Shown here: positions 50,281 through 59,983 of the stretch, piece by piece
Layout of the letters: every line of letters begins with the position of its first letter
Numbering within the stretch: the first letter of the stretch is position 1
Source of the DNA: an uncultured delta proteobacterium
GTDB taxonomy: Bacteria > Desulfobacterota > Desulfobaccia > Desulfobaccales > 0-14-0-80-60-11
Length of the DNA: 64,000 nucleotides
Assembly (NCBI GenBank): GCA_963812015.1
Contig: CAWETI010000003.1
Coordinates: forward strand, 1-64,000
Reading direction: 5' to 3'
Translations under genes and position numbers: made by a program
Notes under the pieces: generated by a model
The model's database searches: none
The model's input: the letters and a program-made list of their open reading frames with translations, nothing else
What the model was told of the DNA's origin: nothing

Positions 50281-50952
50281 TTATTTGAGACTGACCTTTA
50301 AGATTTTGCCGGAGGTCACCAGGATCAAGATACAGGCGCCGGAAGTGAGCAGCACCAAAGCCATGGCCAAGGTATCATTCCCCGCCTGCACCGCATCGTA
50401 GATCGCCAGGGACAGGGTCTGGGTCTTGCCGGGCAGGTTGCCGGCCACCATGAGGGTGGCCCCGAACTCACCCATGCCCCGGGCAAAGGCCAACATGGTC
50501 CCGGCCAGGATGCCCCTCAGCGCCAGGGGCAGCGACACCCGCCGGAACACCGCCGCCTCCGACAACCCCAGGGTCCGGGCCACGTTTTCCAGGCTCCGGT
50601 CCACTTCTTCAAAGGCGGCCCGGGCCGACTTAAAAACCAAAGGGAAAGAGACCAGGGCCGAGGCCATGACCGCGCCCTGCCAGGTAAACATCAAGGTGAT
50701 GCCCCAGACCTCCTGGAGCCAGTGCCCCAGCCAGCCGTTCCGCCCCCACACCACGATGAGGTAATACCCCAAGACCGTGGGGGGCAGCACCAGGGGCAGG
50801 GTGCAGAAGGCGTCCAGCCACTCCCGGCCCCAAAACCGGGTCCGGGCCATCAGGAAGGCCAGGCTCACCCCGATACCAAAGGCCACCAGGGTCGCCACCC
50901 CGGCTACCTTTAAGGTCAGCCACAGGGGGGTCAGATCCACGCCGAGATTCAC
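50281..50952 (-). CDS. modB: Molybdate ABC transporter permease
   Basis: LPLVLPPTVLGY and FARGMGEFGAT..AGNLPGKTQT motifs. Start uncertain (50940-51006). Confidence 0.92.
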   Translation of the reverse strand: MNLGVDLTPLWLTLKVAGVATLVAFGIGVSLAFLMARTRFWGREWLDAFCTLPLVLPPTVLGYYLIVVWGRNGWLGHWLQEVWGITLMFTWQGAVMASALVSFPLVFKSARAAFEEVDRSLENVARTLGLSEAAVFRRVSLPLALRGILAGTMLAFARGMGEFGATLMVAGNLPGKTQTLSLAIYDAVQAGNDTLAMALVLLTSGACILILVTSGKILKVSLK

Positions 50953-51229
50953 GCTGCCACCCGCTCCTTTATCGAAATTCTTTTCCCATAACAACGCAAG
51001 TCTCATACCATGTATCGAGCTAAATGAGCAACTATCTATAATTATTTATAAAATAAGTATTACCCTTAATCCGGCAAGCCACTTGGTTGCTATTTATTAA
51101 CAATATCGTATAATTTTATATAAATCCCTCTTGAGAAATTTTCATTATTGTATATTATGGGGCCAGCAGGTTTCCCCGCCGGCGGCCGGCCCGGTAACTC
51201 CAGTAAAAATCAGGCCTGAGCTCGATGAA

Positions 51230-52855
51230 TTATTTGCCGAAGGGGCACTTGGGAAAGGTGCAGACCTTGCACTCCAGGCAGAGGGCCCCATGGCCCAGTT
51301 TCGCCAGGTCCCGCCGGCTGGGAAAGAGCCCCGCCAGCAGCCGGGGCAACAGGAGGTCAAAGCTGGTGGTTTTAAAATACAGGGCGCAGGCGGGTACGCC
51401 CATGACCTGGACCGGGCCGATCCGGGCCAACAGGGTCATGGCCCCCGGCAGGATGGGCGCCCCGTAGCTCAGGTCTGTGGCCCCCGCCTCCACCAGGCCC
51501 TGGCGGGTGACGTCATCCGGGTCCACGGACAGGCCCGCGGTGGTCACCAACAGGTCGATCCCCGCGGCCAACAGTTCCTGCACCCCCTGCCGGATGGCCC
51601 CCCGGTCGTCCGGCACGATCAGGGATTTGACCACCTGTCCCTCCAGTTTCTCCACCTTGGTGGTGATGATGGGGATGAACCGGTCCTCCACCAGGCCCAG
51701 AAAGACCTCGGTGCCGGTGACCAGGACCCCCGCCCGGGGCCGCCGCAGGGGCAGGACCTGAAACAACGGCCCCTCCTCCAACACCGTGAGGGCCTTCCGG
51801 AAGTCGGCCCGGGGCAGGAACAGGGGAATGGCCCGGGTCCCGGCCAGGGTCCGGCCCCGGGTCATGAGGGTGTGGCCGGCCCGGGAGGCGGCCACCACCC
51901 CCGGCGCCAGGTTGAACCGCTCCAGGCGCGCCTCATCCACCACCAGCAACCCGTCCTGGGCCGCCAGCAGGTTGACCTTGCCTTCCCGGGGGGGCTCGGT
52001 AAAGGTCACCCCGTCCCCGGCCATGGCCCGGGCAAAGGCCAGGGCGGCCTCGTCTTCGTGGACCCACTCCGGGCCGGGGCCGTCTTCGCTCATCACATAG
52101 AGGTGTCTCCGCCCCATCTGTTGCAAGCGGCAGAGGTCCCCCACCCCGATCGTCTGCCCTTTCTCAAAGCCCGGGCCTTTGCTGGTCCCGGGAATGATCA
52201 TGGTCATATCATGCAAGGCCCGACGCCCCACCGCCTGCTCCATCGGCACCACCTGCAGGGGCGGCGCCCCGGTCCCTTCGGCCTGGGCCTCCTCCAGGTA
52301 AGGGGAATCCCCCTGGCAGCCCCGGCAGATGCCCCCATCTTGGGCCGGATAGGCCTCCCGGCAGAGGGGGCAGAGGACTATGCGGCCCCGGCTGCGCTTG
52401 CCCAGAAACTGCGGGCGGATCCGGACCCGCTGCCAGCCCAGGATTTCCGGCCCGGCCTGGCGGATTTGCTCCAGCAGCCGGCCGGAGTCTTGGTCCTTTT
52501 TAGGGGTGAGTTTGAGATACCACGCATGAATCTCCGGCCAGTCGGCCGTCTTGGCGGGGTCCAGGAAGACCCGCACGCCTTCTCCCTGGTATTTATCGTA
52601 TAGGGTGAGGGCGAAGCGGCCCAGGTTGACCACCTTGAGCCAGCCGTTCCCCGTGGTGCACAGGGTGAGCAGTTGCACCGCGTCCGGGAGACAATTCCGG
52701 GTTTCGCAGACGGCGTCGAACAAAACTTCCGGCGGCAGGCGTCGCCGGGCGGCATCCACCATGATCCCGCCGATAACCACCCCGGGGGCGATATAGCCAT
52801 GGAAAGACTTGACCAGCTCCAAAAATTCATCAAAGGAATAGGTGCCGATATTCAT
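51230..52855 (-). CDS. FmdE-domain / molybdopterin-binding (MoeA/MoCF-like) fusion protein
   Basis: FHGYIAPG, C..DAVQ, CTTGN and a CPLCRE Zn ribbon; C-terminal TGTEV, GLSVDPDD and GGLC-like GALCLEC..C.FP.C. Start set at MNIGTY. Confidence 0.82.
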   Translation of the reverse strand: MNIGTYSFDEFLELVKSFHGYIAPGVVIGGIMVDAARRRLPPEVLFDAVCETRNCLPDAVQLLTLCTTGNGWLKVVNLGRFALTLYDKYQGEGVRVFLDPAKTADWPEIHAWYLKLTPKKDQDSGRLLEQIRQAGPEILGWQRVRIRPQFLGKRSRGRIVLCPLCREAYPAQDGGICRGCQGDSPYLEEAQAEGTGAPPLQVVPMEQAVGRRALHDMTMIIPGTSKGPGFEKGQTIGVGDLCRLQQMGRRHLYVMSEDGPGPEWVHEDEAALAFARAMAGDGVTFTEPPREGKVNLLAAQDGLLVVDEARLERFNLAPGVVAASRAGHTLMTRGRTLAGTRAIPLFLPRADFRKALTVLEEGPLFQVLPLRRPRAGVLVTGTEVFLGLVEDRFIPIITTKVEKLEGQVVKSLIVPDDRGAIRQGVQELLAAGIDLLVTTAGLSVDPDDVTRQGLVEAGATDLSYGAPILPGAMTLLARIGPVQVMGVPACALYFKTTSFDLLLPRLLAGLFPSRRDLAKLGHGALCLECKVCTFPKCPFGK

Positions 52856-52965
52856 AATGTGAGCCGTGGGGGACTTTCTACTGAGACGTTCACCCCCACC
52901 CGGGGGAAGATGTGGGTGGGGGTGAGTAAAAGAGTCACGCCATCGTCGGTCGGGGACCGGGAGTT

Positions 52966-55665
52966 TTAGATTTTTTCGATCTGGACCGCACAGGCCTTGT
53001 ATTCGGCGGTCTGGGAGACCGGGTCGAACACCGGGTTGGTGAGCCAGTTGGCGCAGCCTTCCCGGAAATGGAAGGCCATCCACACCAGGCCCCGGGGCAC
53101 TTCCTTGGTAACTTTGGCCTTGACTCTGACTTCGCCGCGCCGGGACTTGACTTTGATGACCTCGCCGTGTTTGATGCCCAGCCTTTCGGCATCGACGGGA
53201 GAGATATCGGCGGTTTCTTCACCCAGAATATCGTTCAGTCCCAGGCAACGGCCCGTCTGCGTCCGGCTATGGTATTGATAGAGCCGCCGGCCGGTGCTGA
53301 GCACCAGGGGATATTCCTCATCCGGCACTTCCGCCGGCGGGGTCCAGTCTATTGGGGTGAAGCGGCCCTGACCGCAGGTGAAACAACCATCTTTGTGCAA
53401 AGTGCAGGTGCCGGGGTGCTCGAGGTCGGGCACCGGCCATTGGAGTCCGTCGCCCTCAATGCGGGCATACTTTACCCCCACCAGGGAGGGCGCCAGATGG
53501 GAGACTTCGTTATCCCAGATTTCCTGGCCGCCGTTGGCGGCCCACTCCTGGCCCAGACGTTTGGCCAGCTCTTTAAAGATCCACCAGTTGGGCTTGGCCT
53601 GCCCCGGCGGTTGCGAGACCTTACGCACCCGGTTGACCCGCCGTTCACTGTTGGTGAAGGTGCCGTCGTCCTCGCTCCAGGCCGCGGCCGGGAAGATGAC
53701 GTCGGCAAACCGGGTGGTCTCGGTGGGGAAGATGTCATGGCAGACCATAAATTCCGCCGATTCCAGGCAATGCTCCACGTGCCGGATATCGGGCTCGGTG
53801 TTGGCCAGATTTTCTCCGAACACATAGAAAAACTTGACCTTGCCGTCCACTAAGCCGTCCATCATCTGGGGCATCATCAGGCCGTTCTTCTCCGGGAGCT
53901 TCTTCACCCCCCAGGCCGCTTCGAACTTGGCCCGGGCGGCCGGGTCTTCCACCTTTTGATAGCCCGGGAAGACATTGGGCAGCGCCCCCATGTCACAGGC
54001 GCCCTGGACGTTGTTCTGTCCCCGGAGCGGGTTGACCCCGCCGCATTCAAAACCGACATTCCCCAACACCATCTGCAAGTTGGCGCAGCTCATGACGTTG
54101 TTGACCCCGCAAGTATGCTCGGTGATCCCCAGGGTATAGATGAGCATCAGGGGGCTGACCGCGGCCAGGCGCCGGGCGACATCGATGAGCATCTCCACGC
54201 TGATGCCGGCGATGGCCGCGGCCCGCTCCGGCGGATACTCCATGACCTTGGCCTTCAGGGCCTCGAAGCCGGTGCAGCAGCGTTCAACATACTCCTGGTC
54301 ATAGAGATTTTCGGTGATCAGGACATGCATCAAACCATTGAGGTAGGCCACGTCGGAGCCGACCTTAATGGGCACGTGGACATCAGCGAACTCGGCCAGC
54401 TTGGTGCGGCGCGGGTCGCTCACGATGAGGTGGGCCCCGTTGCGCACCGCGTTTTTCAGAAACGTCGCGGCCACCGGATGGGCCTCGGTCATATTGGAAC
54501 CAATCACGAAAAACATCTTGGCCTTGGCAAAATCGGCGAAGGAGTTGGTCATCGCTCCGGAACCGAATGAAGTCGCCAGCCCGGCGACGGTAGGAGCGTG
54601 TCAGGTACGGGCGCAGTGATCGATGTTGTTCGTACCGATCACGGCGCGGAATAACTTTTGCAATTGATAGGAATCTTCGTTAATACTTCGAGCGCAACTC
54701 ACGCCGGCGATGGCGTCCGGCCCGTGCTTGGCGATGGTCTCCTTCAGCTTGTCGGCCACCACATTCAGGGCTTCGTCCCAGGAGGCTTCCCGGAACTCGC
54801 CGTTGGTCTTGATCAGCGGCGTTGTCAGCCGTTCCGGCGAATAAATGAAATCATACCCGAAGCGGCCTTTGACACAGAGGCGGCCTTGATTGGGCGCCCC
54901 GCCTTCCACCCCGGTAACCTTGACGATTTTGCCGTTCTTGACGTGCAGCCACAACTGGCAGCCTACCCCGCAATAAGGACAGGTGGTGCGGACTTTCCTG
55001 GTTTCCCAGGGCCTGGCCAGGCCGATGGCCTTCTTCTCCACCAGGGCCCCCACCGGGCAGGACTGCACGCATTCACCGCAAAAGACGCAGTCCGAATCGC
55101 TATAGGCATGATCCGAGCGGGTCACGATCTTATTGTGCGCTCCCCGGTAGCCGATGCTGATGGCCTGATTGACCTGCTTTTCGTTGCAGGCCCGCACGCA
55201 CCGGCCGCACATGATGCATTTGGAAAAATCCCGCCGGATTAAATGCTTATTATCTTCTAGATAATACGGCGTCTCCGGCGGATTGGCGAAACTGGGGGTG
55301 GACAACTGATACCGGTACGCCAGGGCCTGCAGCTCGCAGACGCCGTTGGCCTCGCACACCAGGCAGTTATGGTTGCCGGAGGCCAACAGCAGCTCCAGGA
55401 CCATGGTGCGGGCCGCGTCGATCCGGGGCGATTCGGTGCGAATCACCATGCCCGGCGCCGCCGCGGTGGCGCAGGCCGGCAACAGGGTCCGGGCCCCTTC
55501 CACCTCCACCAGGCACATGCGGCATGATCCGGTGGCCGTGGTGTCTTTCAGGTAACACAGGGTGGGGATGGTGTAGATGCCTGCTCCCCGGGCCACATCC
55601 AAAAGGGTGTGCCCGGCCTGGAATTCTACGGTCATCCCATCGAGGTTTAAGGTGGGCTTGCTCAT
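52966..55665 (-). CDS. fdhF: Selenocysteine-containing formate dehydrogenase alpha subunit (FdhF-like, N-terminal Fe-S module)
   Basis: ORFs 54601..55665 and 52966..54552 are in frame across TGA 54603-54601, giving DHCART-U-HAPTVAGL. Also TCPYCGVGC and LRGQNNVQG. Confidence 0.93.
54572..54588 (-). promoter_or_regulatory. Bacterial SECIS hairpin
   Basis: GTCGCC-GGGCT-GGCGAC, starting 12 nt 3' of the UGA. Confidence 0.7.
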
Positions 55666-55765
55666 GTGCTTCTACAACCTCCATCTCACCTGGGGTGGAT
55701 AATGGTAATGCGGTAATTTTCCCGTGCTGGGGTGGTCAGATGCCGCCCGGCGCCAAAACTAGAAG

Positions 55766-55789
55766 CGCTATTTCTTTAAAAGGATAGCG
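55766..55789. promoter_or_regulatory. ModE-box-like operator upstream of fdh
   Basis: CGCTAT-N12-ATAGCG. Confidence 0.65.
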
Positions 55790-55817
55790 CCACCAAAAAA
55801 ATAAAGCCCGAATCTCT

Positions 55818-56201
55818 TTAAGCGTCTTGATTGTGGAGCCATTCCCGAAAATTGCCGGCCAGGTCCCAAAATTGGGCTATGGCCGACTCGCCGGCGGGGG
55901 TGAGCCAGGCTTTACCACCGTGACGGCCGCCGAAGCTCCGGGCCACCAGCTCTTCCCCGGCCAGGCGGTTCATGGTGACCACCAGGGACCAGGCATGGCT
56001 GTAGGCCATCTCCATGGCTCGGGCTGCCGCGGCGATGGAGCCGGTCTCCCTGATCTGCTCCAGGAGAACCACCCGACCCCAGCTCAAAAAGATTTCTCCC
56101 TGCTTTTCCAGCCAGACACGGCCTTTAATCTGCAATCCCTGGCATTCGGGGCTCTCCGCCAAGGCGGTCCCCCGGCCATGATTCGGTTTCTTGCCTTTCA
56201 T
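55818..56201 (-). CDS. ModE-like regulator (HTH domain only)
   Basis: GRVVLLEQI.ETGSIAAAARAMEMAYSHAW and GG.HGG.A.LT; no TOBE domains. Confidence 0.88.
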   Translation of the reverse strand: MKGKKPNHGRGTALAESPECQGLQIKGRVWLEKQGEIFLSWGRVVLLEQIRETGSIAAAARAMEMAYSHAWSLVVTMNRLAGEELVARSFGGRHGGKAWLTPAGESAIAQFWDLAGNFREWLHNQDA

Positions 56202-56203
56202 AA

Positions 56204-56227
56204 CGGTATTTTTAAAAAAGGATAGCG
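56204..56227. promoter_or_regulatory. ModE-box-like operator at the start of the modE-like gene
   Basis: CGGTAT-N12-ATAGCG. Confidence 0.6.
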
Positions 56228-56457
56228 AATCTCCCTAACGATGACAAGTATTTTTTCATGCCCCCTGCGCTTCTTCTCCCTCCAGGGGTTTCACGGCAGG
56301 GGCCGGGGCTCCCTGCCTTGGCCCGGCCGTTCCGGACCTTACGTGGGAAATGGCCTAAGCTCAACCAAGTATGGGTGCAAAGTTTGGGTGTCGGGCCCCG
56401 TCATCCCGAACCACGCAAACCACTGACCGCATAGGCTGACCCAGCGTCAAGAGAGGA

Positions 56458-56784
56458 TCACTTTCCCTCTTCCGCCAGAACGTCATAGACCCAGCTCAAG
56501 GCCGCGGACGTATGCGGGAAGCCGATGGTGCTGGTTAACAGGATGACGGCGTGATAGATCTCTTCCGGGGTCGCCCCGGCCTTTAAGGCCCTTCTCACGT
56601 GGCTGTGCACCGAGCCCTCTGAACGGCTGGCCGCCGCCCCCGCCAGCTGGATCAGGTGGGAGGTCTTCTCATCCAACGGCCCCTCCCGGCGCGCCGCTTC
56701 GCCCAGCTGCTCCAGGGCCTGGATAAATTTTCCGTGTTTTTCCTTAATGAAGGAGTACCAACCGGGATAAATTTCTGCGGACAT
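56458..56784 (-). CDS. Carboxymuconolactone decarboxylase family protein
   Basis: GPLDEKT.HLI, HVRRAL.AGATPEEI and GFP motifs. Confidence 0.88.
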   Translation of the reverse strand: MSAEIYPGWYSFIKEKHGKFIQALEQLGEAARREGPLDEKTSHLIQLAGAAASRSEGSVHSHVRRALKAGATPEEIYHAVILLTSTIGFPHTSAALSWVYDVLAEEGK

Positions 56785-57076
56785 GGTCTTAACCTCCGTG
56801 TCGTTTCAGCCTCATTCCTCGGTCCAGGATCAGCAATTTTTCGTACTAAAACTTATGATGCCCACCCCAAGCCCCAATGTCAAGTAACCCTCTCAGGAGG
56901 TCTCACCGCCGCCTGCCAGGCCTCTTCACTTCTGGCGGTAAGCCCCCCAAGCTTTCTGACCCAGGTTCCCCTGACCCTGGGTGCAGGCGTCCGGTTGCAC
57001 CTATACTGCCGGGCGGGCCTCCAGCTCTCTAATTTCAGGCCACTGAATTTATTAGTTAAATTAGCTTGCCGGCTAT

Positions 57077-57092
57077 TGGCATCAGGCTTGCA
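57077..57092 (+). promoter_or_regulatory. Sigma54 (-24/-12) promoter
   Basis: TGGCATCAGGCTTGCA has the GG-N10-GC spacing. Confidence 0.72.
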
Positions 57093-57129
57093 ATTAACTG
57101 GGACAATCTTAAATCGGGAAGGTGAGACG

Positions 57130-57888
57130 ATGAAGGCAGGGAAACTTCTGCTCATGGTACTGGTCCTCCTGGTGGGAATGGCGGTGGCGGCCCCTGCGGT
57201 TACCATTCATTCCCCGTGGCATTCCGGCCAACCCGAGGAGAATCTCTATCAAATTATCACCGCCTGGGGCTTTCCCGTTGATAATAACACCCTCCAGCAC
57301 GCCACTCCCCTGGAAAGCCTCCCGGCGGGCGCCTATTCGATTAGCCACTATGCCAGATACGCCGATATGACCCAATTCTTGGGAACCTATCCCCTGGGCC
57401 AAACGCCCCCGGCTCATGGCGACCGGATACCTGACGGTGGCATTACAATGCTTAACGTGAAGCAATCAGGAAATTGGGTCTGCGATATAATCTTTTCCCA
57501 AACCTCGCCCTTCGGTTTCTTTGATGCTGCCAATCAGAAAACCTTCCTCATGACCACCCAAAATCAAAACTCTGGCGCCGCCCCTTACCATCAGGCCAGC
57601 GGCTTAATCTTCGATCTGGGAGAGATTAATCCCCAGTATTTCGGGCAATACATCATTGCCTTTAATGATGGGGACAAGCGCCATCCTTATGGAGACCTGG
57701 ATTATAATGACCTGGTGGTTCACCTGTACTGTCAGAACCAAGGGAACCACGCGCCCCTTCCGGGAACCTTGCCGATGGCGGGCGGTGGGCTGCTTGGCCT
57801 CTGGATGTTGGGGCGTTATGCGCGGCTTTTCGCCTTAACGTCCGCGTTTTCTGGCCACCATCCCCCGAAAAGCGGCGGATCGACTTGA
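57130..57888 (+). CDS. Exported protein with DUF4114-like motif and PEP-CTERM/VPLPA-like sorting tail
   Basis: Signal peptide MKAGKLLL..., IAFND...DLDYNDLVV, then APLPG + hydrophobic segment + basic residues. ATG at 57130; the ORF-track 5' extension is rejected. Confidence 0.7.
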   Translation: MKAGKLLLMVLVLLVGMAVAAPAVTIHSPWHSGQPEENLYQIITAWGFPVDNNTLQHATPLESLPAGAYSISHYARYADMTQFLGTYPLGQTPPAHGDRIPDGGITMLNVKQSGNWVCDIIFSQTSPFGFFDAANQKTFLMTTQNQNSGAAPYHQASGLIFDLGEINPQYFGQYIIAFNDGDKRHPYGDLDYNDLVVHLYCQNQGNHAPLPGTLPMAGGGLLGLWMLGRYARLFALTSAFSGHHPPKSGGST

Positions 57889-58229
57889 AGAAATCACGCT
57901 AAGCCCTTAATGAAGCCAGATTTAGCCACGAGGGCGAACCCCTGATTTTCCCTGGTCATGAACCGCCGCCTGCCTGCGGTCCCTCTCACGCAAGCCGCCT
58001 GCTTTCGCCTGATCTTAATTTTCTTGCTTAATGAGGGTAACGATTATATTTTTCAGGGGATGCTTGTATCCCCCGCCTTTATCCGTAAAGGGGAATGGCG
58101 AAGGGCGAGCAGTCCGGGGAGTATCGGCATCGGGGGCCTCTTCCTCATCTCGCCGGCCCGGCCCCCCTGGATAGAGCGCATCCTGGCCCGGATGGCGGTA
58201 ATGCCTGATGAACCCTCAAAACTGGAGGC

Positions 58230-58676
58230 ATGATGTTCAGAATGATCCTCACCTCTTTGCTCCTGGCGGCCTTGATGGGTTGCGGCGGGGATAGCGCGGA
58301 CAAGTATATGCAGGAAGGATTTGTCAATTTTCAACAGCAGAAGTATGACGAGGCCATCGCCAACTACGAAAAGGCCGTCAAACTCCAACCCCGGGCCGCC
58401 GCCGCCTATAACATGATCGGCATGGCTTACCGTTTCAAATACAATCAGCTGGGGGTCCCGGAATTCCGTCAGAAAGAGATGGCGGCGTTTCAAAAGGCCG
58501 TGGAAATCGACCCGAAAAATTGGGTCGCGATGATCAATCTGGCCACCGATTACTCTGCCGACGGCCAGCCGGCCAAGGCGGCGCCCCTGTTCAAAAAAGC
58601 CCTGGAATTGAACCCCAATCATCCTGAAAAAGCCGAAATCCAGAAGATGATCGCGGCGGGCGAACCAAAGCCTTGA
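58230..58676 (+). CDS. TPR-repeat lipoprotein
   Basis: Lipobox LMGC; TPR patterns (YEKAVKLQP, FQKAVEIDP, FKKALELNP). Confidence 0.85.
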   Translation: MMFRMILTSLLLAALMGCGGDSADKYMQEGFVNFQQQKYDEAIANYEKAVKLQPRAAAAYNMIGMAYRFKYNQLGVPEFRQKEMAAFQKAVEIDPKNWVAMINLATDYSADGQPAKAAPLFKKALELNPNHPEKAEIQKMIAAGEPKP

Positions 58677-58990
58677 AAATGGCGGTGACCACCGGGGCGG
58701 CCCTGGCCTTCCTCCTGGCCTGCGCCTGGAGTTGGGCTCAGGCCCCGGGACCCCCGGGGGCGGATCTGGCCGGGCGTCTGGGCTGCTTTGCCTGCCACGC
58801 CCTGACGGGGCAGGGGGGGAAACCCGCCGCATCGTTAAATGGAGTCGGGGCCCGTTTAACGCCCCGAGAATTAGGGATTGCCATCGCCTTTCCCCGCCAA
58901 CTCCACCCCGGGGCCAAAATGCCCAGTTACGCCTATCTCCCCCTGGCGGAGCAGGAGGCCCTGGTGAACTTCTTAAAAACCCTCAAGTGA
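58673..58990 (+). CDS. Monohaem cytochrome c
   Basis: Signal peptide, CFACH, and MP axial Met motif. Confidence 0.82.
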   Translation: MKMAVTTGAALAFLLACAWSWAQAPGPPGADLAGRLGCFACHALTGQGGKPAASLNGVGARLTPRELGIAIAFPRQLHPGAKMPSYAYLPLAEQEALVNFLKTLK

Positions 58991-59245
58991 CCCCAGGGAC
59001 TTCTTCAGGTAGTTTCCAGTTTGGGGCATTCAGGGGGCATCTTGACATCTCCTGGCAAAACATTTTGGCCTGAGGGCAGTGGACGTGTAAAGATTGTATC
59101 GGAGGGGGGGTGGCAATTTCCCTTAAGGGTGAGTTGTGATTATCGGTCCCAAAGACCGCCGTGACCCGGCCCCGGTCATCAGGGCCCGGTCCTGAAGCCC
59201 AAACTCCAGAATGTTTTAGCGGCCGCAACTCGCAGCCCGGCGAAA

Positions 59246-59983
59246 TTATTCGCTATACCGCCGGATGATGATGATTCCCAAAACCAGGCAGAGCAGGCTA
59301 TAGGCCCCGAGGATGGCCAGAGAGCCCAGGCTTTCCAGATTCCAGGTGGGAAAACGGAGGAGGCGATTGGTCTGGGTCAAAGGCAACATCTTGATGATAT
59401 CCCTGATCAGCCAGGGCATCTCCTCCACCGGGAAAAAGGTGCCGCAGAAAAACGCCATGGGCATGATAAAAAAATTGGTGAACGTGGCCGTATCTTCATG
59501 GGACCGGGACTTCATCCCCACAATCACCCCAAAGGCGGCAAACACGAGGCAATTGAGGAGCAGGGCCAGGATGAATATGAGGTTGAAGTGAAAGCCGCTT
59601 CCCAGAAACAGCCCCATCCCCAGGAGGATAACCGAGGCGAACAACCCCCGGACCATGCCGGCCAGGATCTGGCCCACCACAATGTCGGCCGCGGTCACCG
59701 GGGCCTGGATATAGACCTGAAAAGTGCGGAAGTGAAGGCGCCCCACCGTCATGCTGGTGGCGATCCAGGTATACGAATTGGTCATGGAGGTCATGGCGAT
59801 GAGGCCAGGGAGCAAGTAGTCCAGGTAGGTGCCCCCCGAAATGGCCACGCGTTTTCCCAAACCCAGCCCAAAGGCCAGGAGATAGAGTAAGGGGGAAAAG
59901 AGGGCGGAAACCACATAGCCCAGCCTCAGCAACCGGCGTCGGAACAGCAGGATTTCACGGTAGAAGATGGGAAACCAGTTCAC
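59246..59983 (-). CDS. ABC-2 type transporter permease
   Basis: YLDYLLPG and PMAFFCGTFFP motifs; about 6 TM segments. Confidence 0.88.
   Translation of the reverse strand: MNWFPIFYREILLFRRRLLRLGYVVSALFSPLLYLLAFGLGLGKRVAISGGTYLDYLLPGLIAMTSMTNSYTWIATSMTVGRLHFRTFQVYIQAPVTAADIVVGQILAGMVRGLFASVILLGMGLFLGSGFHFNLIFILALLLNCLVFAAFGVIVGMKSRSHEDTATFTNFFIMPMAFFCGTFFPVEEMPWLIRDIIKMLPLTQTNRLLRFPTWNLESLGSLAILGAYSLLCLVLGIIIIRRYSE

Noticed and set aside
51131..52603. 490-aa plus-strand ORF, and similar long antisense ORFs at 4932-6353, 10882-12069, 28350-29537, 32141-33235 and 61417-62391
   Set aside because: Each lies opposite a well-supported gene and has no domain signal.
54601..54603. fdh as a nonsense pseudogene
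   Set aside because: The TGA is at the catalytic Sec position and is followed by a SECIS-like hairpin.
56230..56457. Moco/Tuco riboswitch near the Mo/FDH cluster
   Set aside because: Only short resemblances (CCTAAG, CCAAGTA), on the strand opposite the genes; the conserved 3' part was not found.
56656..57129. Long N-terminal extension of the exported protein
   Set aside because: It overlaps the CMD gene and the sigma54 promoter; the signal peptide starts at 57130.
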